A DNA stretch of 63,002 bases, the filler included. It is 13 parts of 13 records of this genome, joined end to end, with 100 filler letters (N's around TTAATTAATTAA, not from the genome) between each part and the next. Parts side by side here need not be neighbours in the genome. Positions count along the whole stretch, not along the records: positions 12,550 to 21,195 come from SRR15195285_5436; positions 21,296 to 28,094 come from SRR15195285_5438; 11 more parts are not named here. One strand, 5' to 3'. The notes below the pieces were generated by a model. It did no database searches. It saw nothing but the letters and a program-made list of their open reading frames with translations, and was not told where the DNA came from. Positions 12,590-24,787 of the stretch are shown piece after piece. Made by a program: the position numbers and the translations under genes. Position 1 is the stretch's first letter; the number at the start of each line of letters is the position of its first letter.

Positions 12590-15500
12590 TTAGTTGAACA
12601 CCTCGTCTTGGCTGTGCAAGGCGCTGTCGGGAAAGTTTGCCGCATTCGGTACCACATCGAGTATCCGGTCCTCAGCGACACCAAACCACTGCGCCAGTCC
12701 ATACCACATTCCCTCCCTGCACCAACAAACAAGCACACGTCAATGCACAGCAAATCGACCTCGCCCAAGTGCAAGAGCCACGTCCGTACCATGGCGTTGT
12801 TGGAATGAAGACACCACGGCCGCGGCCGACCTCAAGATCTGAGGTGTCTGGGTTTATGTCCTCTGGATACACACCGTGGATGTGGCGTCCCTTGACCGAA
12901 CCACCCTGCACGCTCGCATACCAGCAACACGACAAGTTTGCTCAGGAGGGATAGTGTGATGGCAGTTCGGTTTGGCATCAGCAGGTGGTTTGACCGAGAA
13001 CAGCAACAAGGGTGTACTCAATCTAGGCGCATACTTACTAGGATAAAGTTGTTGCCTCCCCAAGCATGGTCGGTACCAATTCCATTGGACGAGATCGTGC
13101 GCCCGAAATCACTTATCGAAACTATAGTGGTGGCGTCCCACAAATCCAGAGCAACCAAATCGGCGTGAAGTGCAATGAGATCTCTGTTGACTCTACCGAG
13201 CAGCATGTTGATGTCCATGTGAGGCGGGTTCTGATGGGCATCAAACGTGCGGATGCCGATCATGAACACATCGCGCTCGGACTCATGGACGGAGTGATCG
13301 AGACTCATCACTCTAGCAATTTGCTGCATGCCTGTGCCTCCACTGTAGTCGCCTTGCAAGTTGATTGCAGCCATTTGCGCCCCTAGCCTTTCCGTCTGGC
13401 TCAATGCCTCTTCCAGGATTCCCGCGTACGTATCGGCATAAAGTGATTCTGACTCGCGGCCTGTGAGCTCATGGAGAGTGGAACCAAGTGAGTCGTACTG
13501 ACTGAAGCGAATTACGCCACCGCCACCAATGACAGTCGGCGGCACGGCTCCCTCGACAAGCTTGCGGATGCCGTACATGGAGTACACCTTAGAGCGGTAC
13601 GGGTTCTCTTGCGTGGTCAGCGCGTCCACGATGCGTCCAAGCACACCACTGGCTCCTTTGTTTTGAGCATGCACACTTTGCGCCTCCCTTTGCTGCGAGT
13701 CATGTCCAAATAGGCCCCCCGGACGGTTGACTTTCCGCTGGAAGTCGTCCCGTGTGATCGGGGCTATGAGTGTTCCAATGTTCGCGAACCAAGAAGCCTG
13801 GCCGGCGTCCCAGAGCTCCTTCACCTTGGTTAGCGCTGGGTGAGTTCCGTATGTCGTGCACGGTTGTGGTGGGCTGCCTGCATGGAGCTCCATAGGAAGG
13901 ATGCTCCCCAGCGGCAGCGCGATATTGCTTCGGATTTGCGCGTACTCGGCGTACAGGTCCCTCACGCACCCACTGTGTGGAATCAACATGTTGAAGGAAT
14001 CAGCGCCGCCTTCAAGGAAAATCACTACGATAGCCTTGTATGGGCGGTTCTGCGTCGGGATCTCCGGCAAAGCTGGACGCGGATGGTCTCGAAGCACGTT
14101 CTGGTTGGTGGTAGCGTACTCGGCAGAGAACGTAAACAGCTTGATCAAGTCAGGGAGCAATTCTGCTTCGGACGGCACCGGCTCAGTCGGGAGTCCCGGG
14201 GTGTAGCTGCATCCCGCAGCAACACAGGCGGTTTCATCACCCAGCGACGTGACGGCCGTACACGCGGAAACCCCGTCGGGATCAACTGGAAGAGAAGGCG
14301 GTTCTTCGATAGACAGCAAAATGCTGCCATCAGCGGCTGTTGCCGGTATTGGTGACATATCTGCCACGTTGGACACCCCCACAGCAAGATTGTCGCCACC
14401 GCCTCCTTCGTTAGCAATCGCGCGCAAGAAGTACCAGTTGCCAGCAACAAGGGCTTGCGGTGCAGATTGCTGCTGGCCGTACTTATTCCACTGACGGCTG
14501 CTAGTCCATCCAGGGACAGCAGCAATTTCGGAAGCACTCATGGCAGTATCGAGATCTGTGCCGAACCACAAATGGGCGTTGTCATCGGCGGCGATCTGGA
14601 ATACGTAGTCGCCATCTACTGGAGGGCTAAACCATGCGTCCATTTCGGTACCGCAACCGTTGCACACATTCGTTGGGGCTTCGAAGATGTCGAAGATCTC
14701 TTCGACATTCGGAGGATTGTTGATGTAGTTGTCGTTCGCGAGCATCTGCGCGACAGCACCACCACTCACACCAGCCCAGCGCCGATAGTTGACACCGGCT
14801 GTAGCATCACCTCGCGGTGGAACATACGAGCATGTAGGCTCGCCAATAACTCCATCCCTCATCGCGTTCACCTGCAGCTCCTGTACCTGCAGGCACTGCC
14901 CTTCCTGCCGCACGGTGACGTACCGCCCGGACGTGCCAGGGCACGACAGGGTCGAAACAGGGTCGCCCGTGAACACAAGCGGCGCGGCGCACTGTGCACC
15001 GGCGCTGAAGTCGGGCGTGTCGCTGACAAGGACGGTGCCACCGTTGATGCGTTCTCCGCAGCAGTCCATGCGGTGGAAAACCTTTACGTTGTCGATCGCA
15101 ACCACATCTCCAAGGTCAACCTGCACGTACTGCTCCCCACTACATGCTGAGTGAAAGATCGGCCCATCGGTTAGACCATCGACAATGTTCGACGCTCCAC
15201 AGCAACCAGTGTGCCATTCTGAAGACGCGGACGTTGGTCTGTTCCGGGCGAGATTTACCCACTGCACTTGAGACCTTTCCCAGAAGTTGCGCACGGCAGC
15301 CGGCTCACGCCCATTGGTCAGCAGCAAAGCCAGCTCTGAGATGACATCGCCAGCTCTGTTTTGATATTCGTAAGTGAGAACGCCATTGCTAGTCATTCTC
15401 TTCGCCGCCTGCTCGGTACAGCTCGTAGGCAAGTATAGATACTTAGCTGGTGCCGCGGTGTTGTACCCGAAGCCCCCGCCGCATGGTGTCAGCCCGTCGT

Positions 15501-18500
15501 CCACAAGCGCGGCCATGCCGTTCATGTAGCCAATAAGAAACGGGGTGATCAGTATCTCCGCTTCTGGAGCGTACAGACCAGCCTTGGCAACGGCGCCTGC
15601 CGGTGAATAGTCAGGCAAGTAGAAGTTGAAAACTGACGGTGCATTGTACGCTTGCTGCCCGATCTGAGTAATCAGGTGCGGCATTTCAATCTCCATGCCA
15701 CGGCTGGGCACGTACTCTAGGGATCGGAACGCGTGCAGCAACTTCAGCAGCGGCTCACGCACCTTGCCTGCTGCCGGGTCGAGGTCAAGGGTGAGGTCAC
15801 GTGCCTCACGGTCCAAGAAAATTGCGGCAACAGCGGCACCCAGATCGCCGTACTCCCCGGAGTATACGCGTCCTCCGTACTCGCCTGTTCGGAAGGCTGT
15901 CACGACCTCCAGAACATACCTTGGAGACGGGTTAGAGCTCGTCAAGAGCTGCATAATCTTTTTGCAGATGAAAGGGGCCGTCGATGGGTGTGTCGTAAGG
16001 TGATCCAGCACAGCCTCAGTCTCGAGCTCAGCTTGGCGTAGGGTTGGGTGCTCAAAGTCCATTACGGTGGGGGGGTTGCGAAACGATGAATCATCTATCA
16101 GGACGCTGAGGGCTTCGTTCTTCAAGAACTTGGGCGAGCCAGTTGCTGTCGGCACCTCAAATATGGTATCTGTGTTGTAAACAAGGTCGCCAGATGCTGC
16201 AGTGAATTCGTAAAAGGCAGGGGAGTACACGTAGCCGTCCGGTGTTTGGATTGCCTCTGTGAGGACCTCGACCTCCTTCAACTGCAAGCACCCATTGCCC
16301 AGCCTCACTGTCACGTAACGTCCGGACATCCCGTTGCACATATTCACCGTAGAGGGATTGGCGTGGGCCAGCGTGTCACCGCACTGGACACCAGTGGAGA
16401 AGTCATCGGTATCGCTTATGAGGATCTGACCACCGTTGATTCTATTGCCGCAGCAGTCCGTGCGGTGCCAGATCTTGACAGCGTCAATTCTAGTCACCTC
16501 CTCCAAATCGATTTGCGCCCACTGTTCTCCAGAGCACGCTGAATGATACAGGCCATCTGTTGTGCCGTCTGTAATGAACGCATTCTGTGAGGCACCGAGA
16601 TTAGACGATGATGCAACCGGCTTGTTTAGGGCAATATTGATTTCTTCGATCTCAGCGTCCAGTACTTCGTGCATTCGCATGCGTCTAGACCACACACCAA
16701 CCTCAGACGCGCTGCATAGTTCCGAAGTGCAGCGGAAGTACTCGCCGTCGTCGTATGCCGTTGGATCCAAGGCACCAACGTGAAGGTTCGAAATCTCACC
16801 CATAGTCGGGATGCGCGAACTATCTGTGAATGCAGCTGAGCTGACTGCTTCAACGTCACACAGGCAGGTATCATCAACCACGGTGCACGAGCTGGAGCAT
16901 CCGTCTGCGGCTTTTGGATAGGATTCCTGGCTCCACAAGACATCAAACACACTCTTTGAGCCAACTGCCAGGACGTCAGCAACCGTCTCAGGCTGTATCC
17001 TCGAGTTGAGTGCTGAATTATCCACCAGCTCGCCAGCGTGCACGACGTTGACGCGACCATCACGCTGGATCTGCACTTGCGTTGAGCAGCTGCGACCCAT
17101 CCACGTCGAGAAGCGCCACTGCGAGAACGGGTGGCAGGTTCCCCAGCCAGCCATAGCTGCATTGCCTTGGCAAACGTCTCTCCCTGTGGTTGCGCATCGG
17201 TGGGCTGCATTTGCGTACGTCACTCGCTCTCGTTTGTACTCGCACATCGCGGTACCCTGGCCATCTGTGGCATCATTTGGGCAACACAACGGGGCTGCGG
17301 CAGCACTTCTGGGGTCGGAGCACGACATCGTGTTGACGAAAGGTGCGCCATATTTGACAAACTGTCCATCCTCGAAAAATGGAAAGCGAGCGCACGCGAA
17401 GTCGATGCCCTCGTAGTACGCATCTCTACCAGAGCCGTCCACGACTCGCAGGTACGGAGCGCGATCCCAGTCGCACTCGGGGCCGGAGCACGGCAAAGAC
17501 TGTTCCAGAGAAACTTCGCTCGGGAATGTGCAGTCCCCTCCCACCGGATCGCACAGAGCCTGGAATAATGACGAGGATGGGTCGTTCAGGGTGGCGACGG
17601 ATACAGCCCCAGACTCATCAGCTGGAAGGTGCTCAGTGGTGTCGCCACGATACGCATAGGAGAAGCCTTTACGTAAGAACGGCCGCTTGGGCAAGTCAAC
17701 GCACGCAGGCAAACCATCGCCTATGAAGCCATCGAACAGATCCATTTTTGGCGATGCGTCCCGATCACCGGCAACTATCTTTAGTGTGTCTGTTGCACCA
17801 ATTCTGTTCGTCCGCAAGTCGTTTCCCGTCGACACGAAACCAGTCCACGTTCTCGCAAAGCTGGCCACGTCCGACACGCCGTAAGTAGCAATGCGGTTGC
17901 CGTCGTCATCCAGGACCGGTGTGCCGTCAAGGTTCAGGTGCTCTGTCCCAACAGTGAACAACCTGCGTCGCAGCCTCTTGTCAGTTCACCGGCAAGTCGA
18001 GAGCAAGGAACGAATGAAAACGACTGTGATCGACGTACTGTATGCACTCGCGTGCGAAGTTTTCATCGGCGAAATCACCTGATACTTTAGCTGACTTGGA
18101 GTTGAGATAGGTAAGCATGACTGCCATGGACTCACTGTAGGCTACTTCCTTGATCAAGTCGTGAAAATTTCCGAATGCGTTCCTCAAGAAGATATCGTAG
18201 TACTTGGCCGTCACTTCCATGTTCCCGGCAAATCCAACGTCTGCCACAACGTAGATTTGGCTGAGGGCCCATGCGACCCTCTGGCGCAGCTGGTCCTCTG
18301 CGTAGAACACAGCATTTTGCCACATCATCGACTTCGGCCAGTAGGAAGGTCTCTGGATAGATCTGGACCCTCTCCCGCCATACTTGTGTCCGAACATTGG
18401 ATCATTAGCCACCTCACCGATTGAGCCGCAGGATTCGGAGACGCCAGGGTCGACCGATATATCCTCAACACCAACCATCTCGGCCAGCCAGGGCACCTGA

Positions 18501-21195
18501 ACAGTGGTGGGCAGAGAGCTGAACTCCACCTGCTCTCCGAGGACACCCATGTAGCGAACCAACGGTGTCGGATTGTTCCTATTCCACCGTGTAGGCCAGC
18601 ATGATAGGTCTGCACAGACAGACGTAAGATCCAGTTCAGTCTGCCCCAGGGTAGCCGGACGCGTCAACACGCGGTCCCCACCCGGACCACCTCCGTACTG
18701 TATGTGTTCTCCGCTGAGTCTTCCCCTCCAGTACGCAATATCATATACGTCGTAACTCTGCGGGTGAACCTGTTCGTAACACGTGCCGTCCAGAGTCACT
18801 TTCGCCCCCACGATAGAAACGTCGTTCAACTCCGTAGTGCATTCGCCTTGGACAGCCTCAATGATGATGATGTCAGCGGTCTCCAGAACGAGTCCAGTTT
18901 GCGCGGGACCCTCGCCCTTGAGCATGGTGCATGCCGCACTCCCTGCAGCCATGTCAGAGACAGGCCCACACGCGCGCCAATTATTGGCGTCGCAGCCATA
19001 ATCATGGAGCCAGCCACAGTTCGGATCGGCGTCGCACACAGCCTGCATGTCCTCGAGTGTCCCATGTCTACCTGTTGTGCCACTACCCGCATCACATGCC
19101 GCAGGATCATTCGCGTTGTTTGGGCCTGAGGTGTACTGAGGGCCAAGCCCCTCAACCGGCACCTGCTGCAGCGCGGCAGACAGAGAGGCCAGAGTCGCGT
19201 CGTCAAGCGGTGTATCCGCGTCGCACGAGCCAGGTGACTTCTTCCATCGTGTCTGTACGGAGCACGCCGATATATCGTCGTTGCTGAAGCCTTCTAGGGA
19301 GAAGCCAGTGACGGCATAAACGTACTTCTGACTTTTCGTGAAGAGCGACTGCATCAGCTCAGCGTCAAGCGTCACGTTTCCTTCAGTCCACTCCGGCTGC
19401 GCACAAGAGTTCTGGCGCACGCAGCCACGGGCGTTGGTAAACGACGGTCGTGCCGCTGGGCAAAACTTTGGGGTAAGTGACGGAATGAATTGCTTATCCC
19501 GCTGGTAGATTATGCGTTCTTCGATGTACGGTGAATCAACGGTGTTCTCAACCAGCTGGCTTCTCGGCTCGTGCCGATAGTACTTCTCACCGTGAAAGAT
19601 GAACACTGTCGGATTAGGCGGGAGCTCACAGGGGTCTACAATGTTGCGCAGTGAGAACGCGTTCAACAGCGGAAGCGGCATAGGAACCATATCGATTGCT
19701 TCCAGCTGCTGGGTAATGAACATATCTGGCTCAAGAAGGTTGACCGGTGGATTTCCGAGGATGATCTGATTCTGTCCTGGAGCGCCACAGCTGGAAAGCA
19801 TCCAGTTGAAGCCAGGGTAATCTATGCCTGGAAGCAGGAAAGACACATCGCCACCCTCGAACTCTTGTACCATGCAGATCTGACAACAACAAACATTCCG
19901 CATACGTCCGCATACGCACACACATGTGGAACTAGAGTCAGAACAGTTTGGATGCACAGCGCGAAACAGCAGTTGATCTCCACATGCGCACCGTGTAAGT
20001 TGTATTTGCCAGCAGCCGAGGGGCAGGTGCTGGGGGAGGGGCCGGCATCGACGGATCTGGGATGCACCGGTGTGATGATGCCTGACGAACACAAAATCGT
20101 ATCAGGCTGAGATAATCGCAAACGGCACTTGATGCGCCGCAGCAAGCAGACGAATCGTCACTAGTCCTGTGAATGATGAAACTAACTAATAGAAGGATGA
20201 GCGTCGATGACAGGCCAGCATGAGTCCAATGCGTCTCGAAGCTCGTTGACACTCACTGTAGGGTCGGTGGTTACGCAGCCGTTGAGATCTCTGCCAAATC
20301 TGCAACAGTAGCCGTTGGCCCCACAGCGCCCAGGGCATGGGCCATGAGCACCACATTGCCCCCAGCAAGCTTCGCCCATATTTCGTAGGCCTGAGTCTTC
20401 GCCTGGGACCTCTGCAGGCGGATACTGATATGTACTGAGACTGCAATCCGCAGGACCATTCCTCCATGCACCTCCCGCTCCCCTACGCGGAGATGCGGAG
20501 GTCTCTTGGAGGTGGCATTCCATGGTGTCTTCGTTCAAACTAAAATAGCCACAGCCATCCGTTGCGATACAGCGCTGATGGCATGCGTGAACTGAGACCT
20601 CAACGGTGGGACCAGTGCCTGGCATGTCTAACGGGGTGCGGAATCCCCGCTTATAGCACGACCACTCAATATCTTCTCGGATGTCTTTTGTACTCTGAAC
20701 CACTGTTCGGACAATGCCTTCGATGCTCAGCGAGTATGATCCGTCTGCATTGAGCGAAACGTCAAGCTGTTTTCCCTCATCAAATCTCGAGAACGCAAAA
20801 GTCACCCAAGATGAAGCTTCGCTACACGGTGGCCGCATCATCGTTTGAGGCTTGTTGTAAGCCTGGGGGTTCGTGCGTCGCCGCAGGTACGCCCTGTGTA
20901 AGTTGGGCTCCATCTCCATCTGTGTGTACAGCCACTCTTCGATGGCTGCCTCAGTCTCTTCGACTGTAGACGCGCTGAGGCTCTCGATTTCATCCATCTT
21001 TGGACCAAAGGTCGTCTGACCCAGGAAGCGAGAAGCAATTACCTTCGGGTCTTGTGAAATGAGTGAAGTTCCGTCATAAGTGCGCAGCTGGTACGTGGCT
21101 CCATCGGGCAGCGTTGTTGAACACGTGACCGGTGGCGTTGTCGTGCACTCAAAAGACACTGGGCTCGGCATCGTGCCTTCCCACTCGTTGCCATT
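12590..21195 (-). CDS. Giant DUF1800-DUF1501 fusion protein with PAN/apple-like, two F-type lectin and PA14 domains (5' truncated)
   Basis: DUF1800 motifs ASRFLGQTTFGP, DQLRQRVAWALSQIYVV, DENFARECIQ|LFTVG (split by intron 17963-18038), HPSTAPFI, GKVREPLL and APSVFNFYLPDY. DUF1501 motifs YKAIVVIFLEGGADSFNMLIP, LFGHDSQQ, SDFGRT and GTDHAWGGNNFIL|GGSVKG. Exons approximately 21195-20257, 20082-19993, 19880-18039, 17962-13039, 12905-12790, 12716-12590 (TAA). Confidence 0.88.
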
Positions 21196-22594
21196 NNNNN
21201 NNNNNNNNNNNNNNNNNNNNNNNNNNNNNNNNNNNNNNNTTAATTAATTAANNNNNNNNNNNNNNNNNNNNNNNNNNNNNNNNNNNNNNNNNNNNCGCTG
21301 CAGTATGCCTCTGAATCGCTGCAGCGGAACAATTTATTGCGGTGGATGTGCACTGCCGATGTGACGTTGGAAGCGTCGAAGCTTCGCTTGGCTTTGGCTT
21401 CTTGCTTGCTCCCTAATCAGCCCTTCAACGGCGTCCTAGGTCTTTCAGCGGTACCACGAGATGTAGTTGAATTGACGGGTGCTAGCGTCTCACGCGATGT
21501 TGTACTGGAAGGGTTAGCGTGTCGCCACCACTACAGGCACGGCGTCCATGCCAACAGCACCACAACGCTTGCGGCACACGATCTAGCGCACAAAAGGCGC
21601 AAGGTAATGAAACCGGTGTGAAAGAAAGAACTTGTAGTCGCGACCACGTACGCTACACTACCAGCGTTGATAAAGGGCATAAGCTACATAATTATTGAAA
21701 AAAGCAACTCCCGGTGGCGCCACACTCCACTGAAATCTTAACACGCCAGCCAGCAGGCAGAGAATTACACTGTCATCAGTGGTTGTTACAGGCAGCAACA
21801 TGCCACGCCTGTGCAGATGCGTGCTTGGTCTTCACTTGCTACAGGGAAGATGGCCATCTTCCCCGTGACACTTGATTATTATAAGCTCTCGCTCCCTATC
21901 CTAGGATCCGTTCTCTCGCTCTCTAGGCGGCTCGTCCCCTGCATCGGACCATAAGCCGGGGCTGACCCGCTGTGATCTGCAGGCTAGGGGTGCGCTGCAG
22001 GATAGTCGGCGCCGCCATAGCTTCGCCCCTAGGGCGCGAGAGAGAAGAGTATACATATTTTCACATCGCTCATCCACGGTTCCACGCGCTGTTTGTCAAA
22101 ATCACTGCTGGGTGTAGACCTCGAAATCATGTCGTTTTCGAAGGAAAACGCCCGGCCGCCCGCCGAGAAGAGCCAACCGTTTTGCAGCAGCTCTGAGCTA
22201 GAAACGCAGGACCAGCAGCTAGAAACGCACGCAGTGTTCCCCCGCCTGCCCATACGGGGGCACCCGGGGAGTGGTCGCCGTGTTTTGTTCGCCCCATACA
22301 GTGAGGTGGGTGGTGGCCTCCCATGGCGCCTTAGAGCGGGATACACCGTTGATTCAGTCCAGGGGGTGGCAAAAGCCAGCGGCTTTAAGTGGTTGCATCA
22401 CCATACCGTACGTATGGTGATCTGAACGTCAGCCAGAAGTACCTCCGGAGGTACTGCAGAGAGCGCTGCAGGCCTCTTCCTCCTGCTGCTGCTCCTCCAG
22501 TCTCGAGCTGCAGCTCCAGCGCCCTCACACCACACCAGCGCCCTCACAAAACCACAGCACGCGCCCGGCAGTGGCAGTGGCAGGGGCGGCGTGT

Positions 22595-24694
22595 ATGGTG
22601 AGCTTCGCTCCGTGGACGCAAGAGCCGGGAGGTGAGGATGCGGAGGAGACGCCGCTCGCTGAGACAACGGCAGAGGCGGGGGCGGAGGCGGAGGTGGGGG
22701 CAGCTGCGGAGGTGGCAGTGGGTGGGGGAGGGGAGAATGACGAGCAGCTCCGGCGGATCTTCGACAAGCTGGATGAGGATGCGAGCGGTGAGCTGGACCG
22801 CGATGAGGTGCGGAGCTTGGTCACGCAGCTCGGCATGGACGCGTCGGAGAAGGACGTCGACAAGGCTATGGCGACCATGGATGCGGACGGGGGTGGGACG
22901 GTGGACTTCGAGGAGTTCTGTGCGTGGTGGAGAAGCCGCCCGTGCGCGACCGACAACATGGCAGACCGGATGAAAGAACGGCTGCAGTCGCTCCAAGGCG
23001 CTGACCCAGTGCTTGAGCAGCATGTGCTGTACGCTTTTGAGCTGATCGATGCTGACAATTCCGGGCGGCTAGACAGGGAGGAGGTGCAGGCTGCGGCCAA
23101 GCGGCTCGGGGCGAACATGGAGGCTGCAGAGGCGGCAAGAATGTTCGATGAAATGGAGAAAGGGCCGTCTGGCGAGGTGGGGTTTCATGCATTTCGCCGG
23201 TGGTATCTCCAAGCACTGGAGGACGGGCGCGTGCCAAAACCAGACATGGGCGGGCCACCAGTCGAGACGGAGGCCAGCAGCGGGCGGCAGTTGTGGGGGC
23301 ACGCGAAGACCCGGCTGAATGCGTTGCTGATGTTCAAGACTGTCGCCGACGAGGAGACTCTGAGCACCATCGAGTTCGAGAACATGACACCAGACCAGTG
23401 GGCAGAGTGGGTGGCAAACGCCAAGTGGTGGGAGCGGATGAACGCAGGGCATGCGCCGCGACCGCGGCCCCAGACCGAGCCAGTCAATGCCGCCTCGTTT
23501 CGCCTGGAACGACCGCTGCCGCCGGGAGGCAAAAAGACACGGGGTATCGGAGTAGGAAGGCACGCAGCGCGAGTGCTGGAGAGCAGGAAGTACGAGAACG
23601 GGGTGTCAAACGACTGGCCTTCAGTGGGCACACAGCTGCCCGGCCGGCCGTGTGGCTACATTCCGAAGCCGGAGCCGCCGCCATCACCTCTGTCGAAGCC
23701 TGGGCAGACAGCGTCGAGTGCATTTCGTCGACAGATGCTGCGGCGACGTGTAGCCGCCACCGGTAGCGCTCGTCTGGGCACTGGGAGGGACGGCGCCAGA
23801 CTCGCCATGCATAGCCGCCGCTCTGCTAGGCTGGTCGCGCCTGAGGATGTTCCACGTGTGAACCACATCCGGGCACAGCGCGCCCATCACGAGCTGGGTA
23901 CAGTCGTAGCAGAGGCAGCTTGGGAAAAGGCTGGTCGGCGAGGCGTAGCGCAGGTATTAGCTGAAGTGATCGATATTGCTGAGAACAGACCGACCGCGTC
24001 TCCGATTGGTCTCAGTCCACCCGGTAGTCCTGAAAATCAGTACTTGCTGAACTACGAGCCAGATTTGGGCGAACGGTCGACCCGTCCGAGTAGCGGAGGA
24101 AGTACCCACAGCAATAGCAAACAGCTCGACCCGACTGGGACTGCGACCGCGGCAAACCTGAGGCGCAAAGATATTGGGAAACTAGGAGCGGCCATGCTCA
24201 CGGTTGACCATGGGGAAACAAACGTGCCTGGTCATACTGGCAGGTGGCAACCTTTGACCTGGAGCGTTCGCCCGCCGGCATCAGACTTTTTCATGGTGCC
24301 ACCGCATACCACGGAATTTGACAAGAGCCGTGTGGTCATGTCGACAGAGAATGGCAAGCGGCTCAACGTCACCTGGCGTGAGAGGTACCCGTACAGACAA
24401 CTCGACTCGCATTCAGCGTTCCTTGGCGCGAGCACTGACGGGACAGTCGCGCCGCAAGCCTCACAACTATCACAAGTTTCGACAACATCGACCAGATCCG
24501 GAGGCAGCACATTCCGACGAGAGCGTGCTCTGACGTACAATCACACTCACAGCACACAACATCGGCCATCCCAAGGGATTACCGAGACAGCTATTTATGA
24601 GGACATGAAGAAGGGCTTCTCAGAATCGAATGACAGCTTGCAGTCATTTAGGGAGTCGCAAGCTAAGTCTGAGCTTCCTTTTGTGAACAATTGA
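22595..24694 (+). CDS. Calmodulin-like EF-hand protein (about 4 EF-hands) with a long disordered C-terminus
   Basis: Loops DEDASGELDRDE, DADGGGTVDFEE and DADNSGRLDREE, plus degenerate EKGPSGEVGFHAF. First ATG at 22595. Confidence 0.85.
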   Translation: MVSFAPWTQEPGGEDAEETPLAETTAEAGAEAEVGAAAEVAVGGGGENDEQLRRIFDKLDEDASGELDRDEVRSLVTQLGMDASEKDVDKAMATMDADGGGTVDFEEFCAWWRSRPCATDNMADRMKERLQSLQGADPVLEQHVLYAFELIDADNSGRLDREEVQAAAKRLGANMEAAEAARMFDEMEKGPSGEVGFHAFRRWYLQALEDGRVPKPDMGGPPVETEASSGRQLWGHAKTRLNALLMFKTVADEETLSTIEFENMTPDQWAEWVANAKWWERMNAGHAPRPRPQTEPVNAASFRLERPLPPGGKKTRGIGVGRHAARVLESRKYENGVSNDWPSVGTQLPGRPCGYIPKPEPPPSPLSKPGQTASSAFRRQMLRRRVAATGSARLGTGRDGARLAMHSRRSARLVAPEDVPRVNHIRAQRAHHELGTVVAEAAWEKAGRRGVAQVLAEVIDIAENRPTASPIGLSPPGSPENQYLLNYEPDLGERSTRPSSGGSTHSNSKQLDPTGTATAANLRRKDIGKLGAAMLTVDHGETNVPGHTGRWQPLTWSVRPPASDFFMVPPHTTEFDKSRVVMSTENGKRLNVTWRERYPYRQLDSHSAFLGASTDGTVAPQASQLSQVSTTSTRSGGSTFRRERALTYNHTHSTQHRPSQGITETAIYEDMKKGFSESNDSLQSFRESQAKSELPFVNN

Positions 24695-24787
24695 GGTCGA
24701 AACTGCAGTCCACTCGACTAACTGGCATCGGAAGCACTGATGCTTGTACTTTTCTCAATTGAGTTCTGAAAATTCATTGTGGCGTAA

